From assembly GCA_964576535.1 (NCBI GenBank), contig CAZNWB010000002.1, positions 28,470-92,469 on the forward strand: a DNA stretch of 64,000 nt, in the 5' to 3' direction. The position numbers and the translations under genes are program-made. Of this stretch, positions 28,274 to 36,668 are shown in pieces. Under the pieces are notes generated by a model. It did not search any database, was not told the DNA's origin, and saw nothing but the letters and a program-made list of their open reading frames with translations. Source of the DNA: an uncultured bacterium. Lineage in GTDB: Bacteria; Methylomirabilota; Methylomirabilia; Methylomirabilales; 2-02-FULL-66-22. Position 1 is the stretch's first letter, and the number at the start of each line of letters is the position of its first letter.

Positions 28274-29131
28274 ATGAGGGGGCCTGACTGGCTCGCCGTC
28301 GCCGTCTCGAGATTGGGCATCCCGCCCCGGCTGCCGAGGCGAGGCCCACTGGTCATGATGTACCATGGCATCGGAGGCGAGGATGGTGTGACGGTCGAGG
28401 CGCTCGAACGACAGCTGGTGGCTCTCACCAAGCGCCGACGAGTCGTTCCTTTGGCGGATGCAGTGGAAAGCCTCGGCCGGTGGGAGTCCGGCGATCTTGC
28501 GGCCATCACCTTTGACGATGGATACCGGGACTGTGTCGAGCTGGCCTTGCCGCTCTTGCGGGCGAAACGGCTCCATGCAACGTTGTTCGTTCCAGCCGGG
28601 TGGCTCGGAAAGAGGAACGCCTGGGATACGAAGCGACCGCAGCGGGAAATCCTGACGGCCCGAGAGCTGCGCGAGCTCGACCCGGACAGTATCACCATCG
28701 GAGCACACGGTCTTACACACACCCGACTGTCGCGAATGCCGGTCAGGCAATTGCACGCTGAGACAAGCGTCGCCCGGAAGGTCTTGGAAGACGCTTGCGG
28801 GCGCGCGGTGACGCTGTATGCCTATCCGTATGGACAGCGTGACGATTTCGATGTTGCCGCCGAGCGGGCGGTCCAGGAGGCGGGCTTTATTGCCGCGTGT
28901 TCGACCAGATTCGGACGAGGTAGCCGGCCGGTAGACCGCTTCCGTCTTCGGCGTGTCGGTGTCGAGCCGTGTGACTCGCTCACGAGGGTGGAAGGAAAGC
29001 TTGACGGCGCCTATGACTGGATGGCGTTGAAGGAAGTGCTGGGCGCATTCGGCCGCGGGGCCGTGCGACGCGCCGGGGGTGGGAGTTGGAATATCAGGTC
29101 ATCGACAGCGTTGAAGGTTTCGGGACGCTAG
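28274..29131 (+). CDS. Polysaccharide deacetylase (NodB/CE4)
   Basis: 'AAITFDDGYRDCVELALPLLRAKRLHATLFVPAGWLG' and 'IGAHGLTH'. Confidence 0.85.
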   Translation: MRGPDWLAVAVSRLGIPPRLPRRGPLVMMYHGIGGEDGVTVEALERQLVALTKRRRVVPLADAVESLGRWESGDLAAITFDDGYRDCVELALPLLRAKRLHATLFVPAGWLGKRNAWDTKRPQREILTARELRELDPDSITIGAHGLTHTRLSRMPVRQLHAETSVARKVLEDACGRAVTLYAYPYGQRDDFDVAAERAVQEAGFIAACSTRFGRGSRPVDRFRLRRVGVEPCDSLTRVEGKLDGAYDWMALKEVLGAFGRGAVRRAGGGSWNIRSSTALKVSGR

Positions 29132-30171
29132 CGGGACACTGGGAACGGCTCGCCGCAGCGGGTGGCGTGCGGACGCCGTACCAGTCCTTCGCGTGGCTCC
29201 AGCAGTGGCTGCGATACCGGAGGGAAGACGTCGAGCCGCTGGTCATCGTGCTCCAGGATGGTGAGACGATCGCACCTTTGGGGAGCATGGGTACAGCCGG
29301 AGTGCGCCAGCTGCGCATGCTGGGCGCGCCCGACTCCGACTATGTTGGCATCGTCACGACTCGGCCCCTCGATGAAGCCTGGGATGAGGTGGCCCGTGTG
29401 CTCGCGGACCGCCGCCACAGCTTTGATGTCGTGCATCTCCAGTCCGTCCGAGAGCGCGACCAGATCATGTCGGCGCTGAGGCGCCACCTCCAGGGTAAAG
29501 GCCTCGAGCGCCCCTACGAACAGTGCCCCTGGATTCCCACGGATCGATCGTGGGAGGAGCTGAGCAAGAGTCGGGGCAATGGGCTCCGGAGCGAGCTGAA
29601 ACGCTGGGATCGACGCATTCGTGAACTCGGCCAGCTGAAGGTAGAGCAGGTGGGCCCACCCCTCGCCGACGAGCTGGTGGACGAGCTCGAAGCGGTGGAG
29701 CGCGAGTCGTGGAAGTGGGAACACGGAGACTCCGCGTTCCGCCCCGGCTCGCAGCGTCAATTCCTTCAAGCCGTATTGCGGGACCCACGTGCTGATGTGG
29801 TGGTGTGGCTCCTGCGCGTGTCGGGTCGCCTCGTCGCCTACGCTCTGGTCCTCGTCGGGGCGGATCGCTGGTATTACTACCTTCCCTCTTTTCGAAAGGA
29901 TGTCCCGAGCGCGGGTTCGTTGCTGCTGGCTCAGATCGTCGAAGCCGCTTGCGTCGGCGGCTGCCCGGTCGTCGATCTTCTGCGAGGGGATCACGGCTAC
30001 AAGCGCACGTGGACCGATCACACGGACACTGTCTACGAGATTGTATGGCCGTCAAGTCTTCTGGGGCGGGTGGCGGCCCTTGCCTACGCGACACGCTGGC
30101 GGGCCGCCCGAAGCAATCGCCTAAGAAACCTCCGCGGCCGCCTTCAGCGCATCGGCGATCGCCGACAGTAG
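29086..30171 (+). CDS. CelD/BioF2-like (FemAB-related) GNAT acyltransferase
   Basis: TTG start. N-terminus 'FGTLAGHWERLAAAG..TPYQSFAWLQQWL' and C-terminal 'VVVWLLRVSGRLVAYALVLV...YYYLPSFRKD' are typical of the cellulose-biosynthesis CelD-like / PEP-CTERM-associated FemAB family. Confidence 0.7.
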   Translation: MEYQVIDSVEGFGTLAGHWERLAAAGGVRTPYQSFAWLQQWLRYRREDVEPLVIVLQDGETIAPLGSMGTAGVRQLRMLGAPDSDYVGIVTTRPLDEAWDEVARVLADRRHSFDVVHLQSVRERDQIMSALRRHLQGKGLERPYEQCPWIPTDRSWEELSKSRGNGLRSELKRWDRRIRELGQLKVEQVGPPLADELVDELEAVERESWKWEHGDSAFRPGSQRQFLQAVLRDPRADVVVWLLRVSGRLVAYALVLVGADRWYYYLPSFRKDVPSAGSLLLAQIVEAACVGGCPVVDLLRGDHGYKRTWTDHTDTVYEIVWPSSLLGRVAALAYATRWRAARSNRLRNLRGRLQRIGDRRQ

Positions 30172-30260
30172 ATTGAAACTCGATTTCGCAGGGCTCGCGG
30201 GGTGATGGGGCGTGAGGATGCTCGTGCTACGCAAGACCGGCGCGCGAGTGTTGCCGCCGC

Positions 30261-31586
30261 ATGATGGTCACAGGATCGCGGGCCGCGAACCTGCTCAACG
30301 TCGGCTGGGCCATGGCGCTGCGGACTGCTAAGAAGATCGGCTTTGTCGCTTCGCTGCTGCTCGTCTGCGTGATCATCGAAGGACTCTCCTTTATCGTGAT
30401 TGCTCTTTCGCCTCGACTGCTGGGAGAAGAGATTCGCCGCACTCGTGAGGTCTTTGACGAACAGTCTGGCAAGATTCGTCAGCTCATGGAATCGAATCCG
30501 AGGCATCTGCTGCTGTTTGATCCCCGGCTGGGTTGGCGCTATCGTCCCGGCTACAGGGACCCACGAAACCAGATTAACCTACAGGGACTGCGGAGCACTA
30601 GGGTGTATGCCCCGGTGCCCGCCTCAGGAGTCCTGCGTATCGCGGCATTCGGCGATTCGTTCGTGTACTGCAATGAGGTAGCGAACGCCGAGTCGTGGCC
30701 CGCTCTAATGGAGGCGATGTTCCCCTACCTTGAGATTCTGAACTATGGCGTCGGTGGCTATGGAACTGACCAGGCCTATCTGCGCTTCATGATCGAGGGC
30801 GGCGTTCTAGCCCCCGATGTGGTGATCATGGGGTTTGCCTCGGTGAATCTGGGGCGTGCGGTGAACGTCTACCGTCGATTCATCTCGAATCGGGATCTGC
30901 CACTGGTCAAGCCGCGGTTCATTCCTGGTCCTGACGGCGACCTCTTATTGTTGGGGAGCCCGCTCAAGGAGGCAGCGGACTACGGGAAGTATCTTGAGAA
31001 TCCGCGTAAGGTCATTGAACTGGGCCGGTATGACTACTGGTACGAACCGGCTGTATACGAGAATCCACTCTATGATCTCTCTGCGACTGTGAGGGTGTTG
31101 ACGACGCTCTGGGTGCGCGCGCGCAGGCGATACCTTGAGAGGGAAGGGCTCTTGGAAGGAGGCGGGTTCCTTCGGGCAGTTGAGTTCAATTCTCACTCCA
31201 CCGCGTTCCGGATAGAGACCATGTTGCTCGAAAGATTCCGGAGCGAGGTTGCGGCGTCCGGGGCTCTCCCGATCGTCGTCATCTTCCCTGACAGAGATTC
31301 CGTCGCAGGGGCGCGGCGCGGACGGCGGAAGGTATTCGATCCTCTGTTGGACCATCTCGAGAAGAGGGCAATGGCGTACGTGGACCTGAGTGACGCCTTT
31401 GTCGCCGAGGCCAAGGAGGCCGGGGAGAGTCGGTGGTTTATGCCAGGGGACCATTACTCGGGCGACGGTAACAGGACGATCGCAGCGTGGCTCGCCCGCG
31501 AACTGGAGCAGCGGGTTAGAGTTGAATGCCAGAGGAGACCGAGGAGTACGCTTCGTGCGTGCGGCGCGTTCCATGCATTCCGATGA
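30261..31586 (+). CDS. Membrane-anchored SGNH-like hydrolase (divergent)
   Basis: N-terminal helix. 'RIAAFGDSFVYCNEV', 'NYGVGGYGTDQAYL' and 'PGDHYSGDGNRTIAAWLA'. Confidence 0.55.
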   Translation: MMVTGSRAANLLNVGWAMALRTAKKIGFVASLLLVCVIIEGLSFIVIALSPRLLGEEIRRTREVFDEQSGKIRQLMESNPRHLLLFDPRLGWRYRPGYRDPRNQINLQGLRSTRVYAPVPASGVLRIAAFGDSFVYCNEVANAESWPALMEAMFPYLEILNYGVGGYGTDQAYLRFMIEGGVLAPDVVIMGFASVNLGRAVNVYRRFISNRDLPLVKPRFIPGPDGDLLLLGSPLKEAADYGKYLENPRKVIELGRYDYWYEPAVYENPLYDLSATVRVLTTLWVRARRRYLEREGLLEGGGFLRAVEFNSHSTAFRIETMLLERFRSEVAASGALPIVVIFPDRDSVAGARRGRRKVFDPLLDHLEKRAMAYVDLSDAFVAEAKEAGESRWFMPGDHYSGDGNRTIAAWLARELEQRVRVECQRRPRSTLRACGAFHAFR

Positions 31587-31650
31587 CGGACCAGGGCTCG
31601 TTGGTAGAGGTGGAGGCTATCGCCGGAGGTCGGAGGTGACGTCTGTAGTG

Positions 31651-31692
31651 GTGGTGGTGTGGCTCATGCGCGTGTCGGGCCGCCTTGTTGCC
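31651..31692 (+). repeat. 42-nt displaced copy of an internal segment of the CelD-like gene (source 29797-29838)
   Basis: gtggtggtgtggctcAtgcgcgtgtcgggCcgcctTgtTgcc versus 29797-29838 is 38/42 identical. It encodes 'VVVWLMRVSGRLVA' versus 'VVVWLLRVSGRLVA'. Confidence 0.75.
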
Positions 31693-31796
31693 ATCAGGCG
31701 CTGTTGCCCGCGTAGTGTCACGGGCGGGATTGGAGGGTCTCGGCGCTCGGTGTCCTCCGATCTACACCGAGAACGCACGAGGCCGACCGTATGTTC

Positions 31797-32105
31797 CTAG
31801 CGATCGATTCGGGCTCTGGAGATCGTGCGTGCTCCGATGGACACCATGCCACAGCTGCTTCTCGGTCACGAGCGCGAAGGAGCACTCGACGAGGTTGATC
31901 CGCGAGACCCCCTTCGGCGTGAAGGGCCGAGCCGGTTCGATGGTGGCGACGCGGCCGTACTTTCAGGCGACGCTTCGGATTGGCAAGCAACGATCTCTGG
32001 TCATCCCGTCCCCAACTTTTCCGATGCGTCCGCGCTTCTTCATAGGGATCACCTCACCGGGCTGCACCAGCTCGCAACACCGAACCAAAACGGCGCCGCA
32101 CAGTG
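31797..32105 (-). mobile_element. IS630-family transposase C-terminal remnant (frameshifted)
   Basis: The minus-strand frame reads 'PFTPKGVSRINLVECSFALVTEKQLWHGVHRSTHDLQ'. This parallels the IS630 'HFTPTHASWLNQVE.WF..LT.K.L.RG.F.SV.EL' terminus. Upstream frames are broken. Confidence 0.55.
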
Positions 32106-32114
32106 GAGCGAGGT

Positions 32115-32377
32115 TCAATGAGGCGCGCACTCCAGCTCCAGCAGTTGGTGCGGGGGGTCGCGTAATGACTTCGGCATCCGGGAGCAGGCTGTGCGCAAGT
32201 GGGCCGGCCGGCTCAGGACACCGCCGGGCTCGCCGATGGGTCGTGCTGTCCCTACCGGTGCCCGCGGGCCACCTCGGATGCCGTCGTGGCGCAGGTTGAG
32301 GCGTTGCGGCGTCAGCGCTGGACGAACCGCCAAATCGCTCCGGTTCTCTCTAGCCTTCATCGCAGTTCCGGGTGACT
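32115..32377 (+). mobile_element. IS481-family transposase N-terminal (HTH) remnant with frameshifts and stops
   Basis: Pieces 'FGIREQAVRKWAGRLR' and 'TAGLADGSCCPYRCPRATSDAVVAQVEALRRQRWTNRQIAPVL' parallel IS481 'FGVSRRTVYKWLARYR..EAGLHDRSSRPHRSPRRTPPEVVARIEALRRQRLTGRQIAAEL'. No DDE domain follows. Confidence 0.6.
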
Positions 32378-32381
32378 TGGC

Positions 32382-33371
32382 GTGCCACTTCGAATCTTAT
32401 TCCTGGGCAATCCCGGCTACGGTGGCCTTTTGCTTCGGGAGCTACTGCCCTTCGACGTCGAGGTCGTCGGCGTCTTCCACAGGGCTACGAGTCTTTGGTC
32501 TCGCTGCAAGAAGACCTATCGCAGGTACCTCACGAGTCGTAAGAAGCTCGAACAAGCAGTCTGCCGACTCCGCGACAAGATAGACTCGTTCTTCGACGAG
32601 CATCTGCCCCCGGTGCACTTCGGGGAAGATGTCATTTCGATCGCGGGAGAGCACGGCATCAGAATGTTCGATGGATCGCGCGTGAGGAACCGTGCCTGCC
32701 ACGAGCTGCTACGTCGTTTGGAGGTAGACGTGATCTTGGTCGCCACCTTCAGCGAATTCCTTCCGGCTCAGATGCTCCGCATTCCCAAGCTCGCAGCTAT
32801 CAACATGCACCCTTCACTTCTCCCGAAGTATCGTGGCGGCTTCCCTGAGTTCTGTGCAGTATACAACGGTGAGAGGAGGACCGGCATTACCTTCCACCTT
32901 ATGGAGGAAAGATTCGACTCCGGCAATGTCCTCCTGCAAAGGCGAGTGGAGATTCTGGAGAACGAGACGACCCTTGCGCTAAAGAGGCGGCTCGCCAGAC
33001 TTGCATGTGAGGCACTCCCGGATCTTCTCGAGCTCATTGCTCGCAACGAGCTAACCGGGCAGCCTCAAGAGCCATCCAGCGTCTCGTACTGCCGGCTCAA
33101 GCCAGATTTTGACCGAATCAAACCAGAGATGACTGTGCGACAGATTCAGAACATCATAAACGCCTGTCACGACGTCGAAGACATCGGCACTCCATATCTT
33201 CTCCTGGGCACCGAGAAGCTTCAGGCCCTATCCTACGGGGTCACAGGGATCCCGTTCAATGCCGCAGACGGAAGGATATGGCTTGACCTAGTTCGCTACA
33301 GGCATAAGATTTACACAGGTGAAGGACTGCGTTCTCTTGGACGAAGACTTGGCATCGAATACAGTTCTTGA
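32382..33371 (+). CDS. Formyltransferase (Fmt/ArnA-N-like; probably a sugar or acyl N-formyltransferase)
   Basis: 'LRILFLGNPGYG', 'DVILVATFSEFLPAQML' and 'INMHPSLLPKYRGGFP' (the HxSLLPxxRG motif), plus a C-terminal domain. Placed in an EPS context. Confidence 0.8.
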   Translation: MPLRILFLGNPGYGGLLLRELLPFDVEVVGVFHRATSLWSRCKKTYRRYLTSRKKLEQAVCRLRDKIDSFFDEHLPPVHFGEDVISIAGEHGIRMFDGSRVRNRACHELLRRLEVDVILVATFSEFLPAQMLRIPKLAAINMHPSLLPKYRGGFPEFCAVYNGERRTGITFHLMEERFDSGNVLLQRRVEILENETTLALKRRLARLACEALPDLLELIARNELTGQPQEPSSVSYCRLKPDFDRIKPEMTVRQIQNIINACHDVEDIGTPYLLLGTEKLQALSYGVTGIPFNAADGRIWLDLVRYRHKIYTGEGLRSLGRRLGIEYSS

Positions 33372-33830
33372 CCGTGGATTCCGCGAGCGCTTGGCCGCGC
33401 GTGCCGCTCTCAGCGCCAGCGAAGAGGCGCGCATGCGCGGCGATGATGCTCAGCGGACGGGATGTGGACCTACATTTTCCCGGCGCAGTGAGTGCCGCCC
33501 GGATCATCCGCTGTGGGCGATATGGGTGCGCCCGGCGTCTCCGACTCGGTGCACCAGAAGTGGAAGCTGGCAGCCCAGCTCCGTCTTGACCGCAAGGTCG
33601 CCCGCCCCGGCCGCAGCGGCGCCTCGGGGGGGTGAAGTTCCGAAGGATCGAGATCGCGCCGGCACCCACTTCCTGCAGTTGCCACCAGATCACCATGGCG
33701 ATCCACTGACATTGGCAAGGTGGCACGAGTCAACGAAAACAAGTACTTGCCACATGGCAACCCGGTTGCATCGAGGATTTCGGTTAGGACTAGAGTCACC
33801 AGGAAAGCGCATTCCAGGAAAGGAGCTTGT

Positions 33831-35117
33831 ATGAAGCACCTTAGCAAAGCCTGCATCCGTCGAGGTTGGTTCATGTTCCTCTTGCTCAATGTCGGGACTT
33901 TCTTGCCCCTCTTCGCCCTTCTTCTTGTCCCCGTCGCTGGCGAAGCCGCTTCCTACTGCGACCGTGTGCGGGCGGGGGGCGACCTCGTCGATCCGCAACT
34001 GTTACTCTGCGAGGATTTCGAGGCCCCGACGTTGATTAACGATGTCGGCTTCGGTCAGGGAGCCCCAAACTATGGGCCGTGGTACGACCATACTGGGGCG
34101 GGTGGCTGTCTTCGTGGCATCAATAGTTACTGGACTCGGCACTACGGCAACGGCCTGGACAATGCGCTCTGGCCATCCGGGACTCCAGCGAGTCCGACGC
34201 ACGGCTGCACCTGCACGTACGGCCTTTGCATGGATGGAGCGTGGGATGCGAGCGATCGGTGGCAGGCGAACTCCTTCGCGGTCCTGGGGATTTTGCAGAA
34301 CTCTGACTTCAACGTTGAAGTGTCGTCCATCACCAGGCCGACGAATACGTCGAGCGGCACTCCTGGCGTATTTCAGGGCAACGCATCTCTTGGGCATCGC
34401 ATTATGGCGGGGGAGCCGAACGCGGGAAGTATCCTGGGGGGAAAGTCGTGGTCGGCCGTGCGGACGTTTGGGATCACGATGGCCGTCGCGTATCCCACCA
34501 ACTCTGGCACCTCCGGGATTTGGGGGAATCCGTGGAAGCATAATGAATGGGATCCAAGCGGGTCGGGATTATTTCTCTTTCATAACGAAAACAGTTTGAA
34601 CTCGCAGGTGCCGTTTGAGCACTTCATTTTCATCAGTGGAGGCATGACCGAGGCCCAGTGTATCGCCAGGGTCGCTGCCGCCACGAAGACGGCGGGAGTG
34701 TTCAGTTGTGTGGGTGATATCTATTTCTCCTATAACGCCGACCCTGGTTATAGTCGGGCGACGGACTGGCCGTTTGGGACGTGGGGGTGTGTCGAAGGTG
34801 ACTTTCAGAACATGGGCCTCTCGAATTCCTCCATCAAAATTTGGTTCACGGGCCCGGCGGGCGTGCGGAAGAAGATCATCGATATTAGCGGGATGAACCT
34901 GACCGGGACGGTCGTGAGTGGAGGCGTCAGTGGATTTGTCTGGAATAACTACTCGAATGCGAACCAAGGCGGCGGCACGCCGACCACCCAGACGACGTTT
35001 CGCTATGAAGATAATGTCCATATCCGCGCGGGGGCCCCGGTGTCGTGCGCGCAGATCGGGTTCGCATCCGTATCCGGCGTTCCTCCTGCCGCACCAAGTT
35101 CACTGATAGTCCAATGA
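33831..35117 (+). CDS. Secreted protein of unknown function (signal peptide; Trp/Gly/Asn-rich)
   Basis: AGGAG lies 6 nt upstream of ATG 33831. 'MKHLSKACIRRGWFMFLLLNVGTFLPLFALLLVPVAGEA' looks like a signal sequence. No motif recognised with confidence. Confidence 0.5.
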   Translation: MKHLSKACIRRGWFMFLLLNVGTFLPLFALLLVPVAGEAASYCDRVRAGGDLVDPQLLLCEDFEAPTLINDVGFGQGAPNYGPWYDHTGAGGCLRGINSYWTRHYGNGLDNALWPSGTPASPTHGCTCTYGLCMDGAWDASDRWQANSFAVLGILQNSDFNVEVSSITRPTNTSSGTPGVFQGNASLGHRIMAGEPNAGSILGGKSWSAVRTFGITMAVAYPTNSGTSGIWGNPWKHNEWDPSGSGLFLFHNENSLNSQVPFEHFIFISGGMTEAQCIARVAAATKTAGVFSCVGDIYFSYNADPGYSRATDWPFGTWGCVEGDFQNMGLSNSSIKIWFTGPAGVRKKIIDISGMNLTGTVVSGGVSGFVWNNYSNANQGGGTPTTQTTFRYEDNVHIRAGAPVSCAQIGFASVSGVPPAAPSSLIVQ

Positions 35118-35554
35118 CCGCTCATTGAAGCATCTTTTATAGACTTCCTAGTCCACGGGCGGCGATGGCCGATCCGCCGAACGCGCGCGCGAGGTGTCGT
35201 CTGGGGAGTTGAGCTCCGGAAAATCTGACCCCCTCTCTTTCAGGAAATTCTGGCCGGTTAGCAGCCGCTCTACGCTCACGCTCTTCCGTGGGAGGACCAA
35301 AGGTGATGGCCTCCCCGGGAAATGGGGAGGGGTGTTCAGCGCGCCATGACCCAGGATAAGATCCAAGTCCTTCGCGCGGCACGGATTCCAGAAAACAGGG
35401 CGGCCCCCCGCACCGGCACTTCGGTCCGCAGCAGTTGATCCGACGTCTTCGCCCTCTTCCCTGCCAAATGGCCAAGGCGTTGTTGACCCGGAGACGAGAG
35501 CGTGTCTCGATGACGTTCGTGCTTGCAATCCTCCAGTAATTCGACCAGCTAGAC

Positions 35555-36181
35555 ATGGATGGGCGCATGACCTGGGACCGCATTTGCCGACTTTTGGGAT
35601 TTGCTGGCGTCGCCTTATTTATCGCCAGCGCCTTCACCCCCCTGCCTCATCTCCTTGACGTGTGGACGGCTGCTCCCTCACAGCTCGAGCCATCCGATGC
35701 CATCGTGATCCTAGGGGCCGGTGTCTCGGCTGGCGGAATACTCAGCCCTGAATCGGCCCTCCGAACCGATCGTGGGATTGCCCTTTACCAGCAGGGGCTC
35801 GCGCCGCTCCTAGTTTTCCTGGGTGGGGGAGAAGAGGGTAGACCGACGGAGGCCGAAGTCAGTGCTGCACTCGCCCGTTACAGGGGAATTCCGTCGGAGG
35901 CGATCCTCACGGAAACTACGGCGCACACCACCCGAGAGGAGGCGATCCTCGTCCGAGCGCTCCTCGAGCCAAGAGGAGTTCGAACGATTCTGCTGGTGAC
36001 CAACTCGGGGTCTCTGTTGAAAGCCAGGCCCGTGTTCGAGCGGGCAGGTTTTGTGGTGCACGCGGTCTCTGTAGATACTTTCGTCGACCCTGGGAAGCCT
36101 GAGCACCGTCTGGCGCTTATGCGTGGGATCTTGGAAGACCTTGTTGGGTGGGCGTATTACCGGATTGCGGGATATCTCTAG
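35555..36181 (+). CDS. DUF218 / YdcF(ElyC)-family protein
   Basis: N-terminal helix. 'SDAIVILGAGV', 'PLLVFLGGGEEGRPTEAEV' and 'ETTAHTTREEAILVRALL...ILLVTNS'. Confidence 0.75.
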   Translation: MDGRMTWDRICRLLGFAGVALFIASAFTPLPHLLDVWTAAPSQLEPSDAIVILGAGVSAGGILSPESALRTDRGIALYQQGLAPLLVFLGGGEEGRPTEAEVSAALARYRGIPSEAILTETTAHTTREEAILVRALLEPRGVRTILLVTNSGSLLKARPVFERAGFVVHAVSVDTFVDPGKPEHRLALMRGILEDLVGWAYYRIAGYL

Positions 36182-36198
36182 AACATGGAGGGGCGACC

Positions 36199-36528
36199 GT
36201 GACGGTGATCTTTACATTGGGTCTGGCAGGGCTTACGTCCGTCGGCGCATACCTGCTCGGACTAAAGGGGTTTCGGCTTCCGGCCCAGGATTTTGGCTTG
36301 GCGGTCAAGAAGACGCTGGAGTGTGCCGGGGCAACCATGCTCTTCTTCGCTATAAATCTTATAGTCGCCATAACCATCATCCTAGCCGTGCGTGGGTTCA
36401 CGGGAATATTTGTGTCGGTTTACGTTACCGATGACGCTGTTTGGCTGGGGTTGTCCCTTCTCCAGGGGCTCACCTTCCAGTGGTGGAGGGAGTTGTCCCA
36501 CAGGCCCAGTCCCAGCCAAGGGCGGTGA
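36199..36528 (+). CDS. Small hypothetical membrane protein (about 3 TM)
   Basis: GTG 36199 with 'GGAGGGG' upstream. Hydrophobic stretches 'VIFTLGLAGLTSVGAYLLGL' and 'MLFFAINLIVAITIILAV'. No homology recognised. Confidence 0.35.
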   Translation: MTVIFTLGLAGLTSVGAYLLGLKGFRLPAQDFGLAVKKTLECAGATMLFFAINLIVAITIILAVRGFTGIFVSVYVTDDAVWLGLSLLQGLTFQWWRELSHRPSPSQGR

Positions 36529-36644
36529 ACGACGCCGGAGCCCATCCTCGCGATTTATCTCCGAAGGGTCGAACAGTTATCTCCTAAACGTTTGCCGCCT
36601 CAGGCACTGGCATTGGGGCTGACAAAAAATCCCTGCGGCATGAC

Positions 36645-36666
36645 AGACACTATATATATAGAGTCT
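36645..36666. promoter_or_regulatory. AT-rich near-perfect 22-bp palindrome (possible -10/operator) at the left edge of the low-GC insert
   Basis: 'agacacTATATATATAgagtct' is 20/22 self-complementary. It sits immediately upstream of the ORF starting at 36669. Confidence 0.3.
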
Positions 36667-36668
36667 CA

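Noticed and set aside
35118-35554. Gene-free gap with minus-strand ORFs 35137-35637 and 35148-35528
   Set aside because: The products are low-complexity (Arg/Pro/Gly/Ser) with no recognisable domain or RBS. I could not support a transposase or regulatory-RNA call from the sequence alone.
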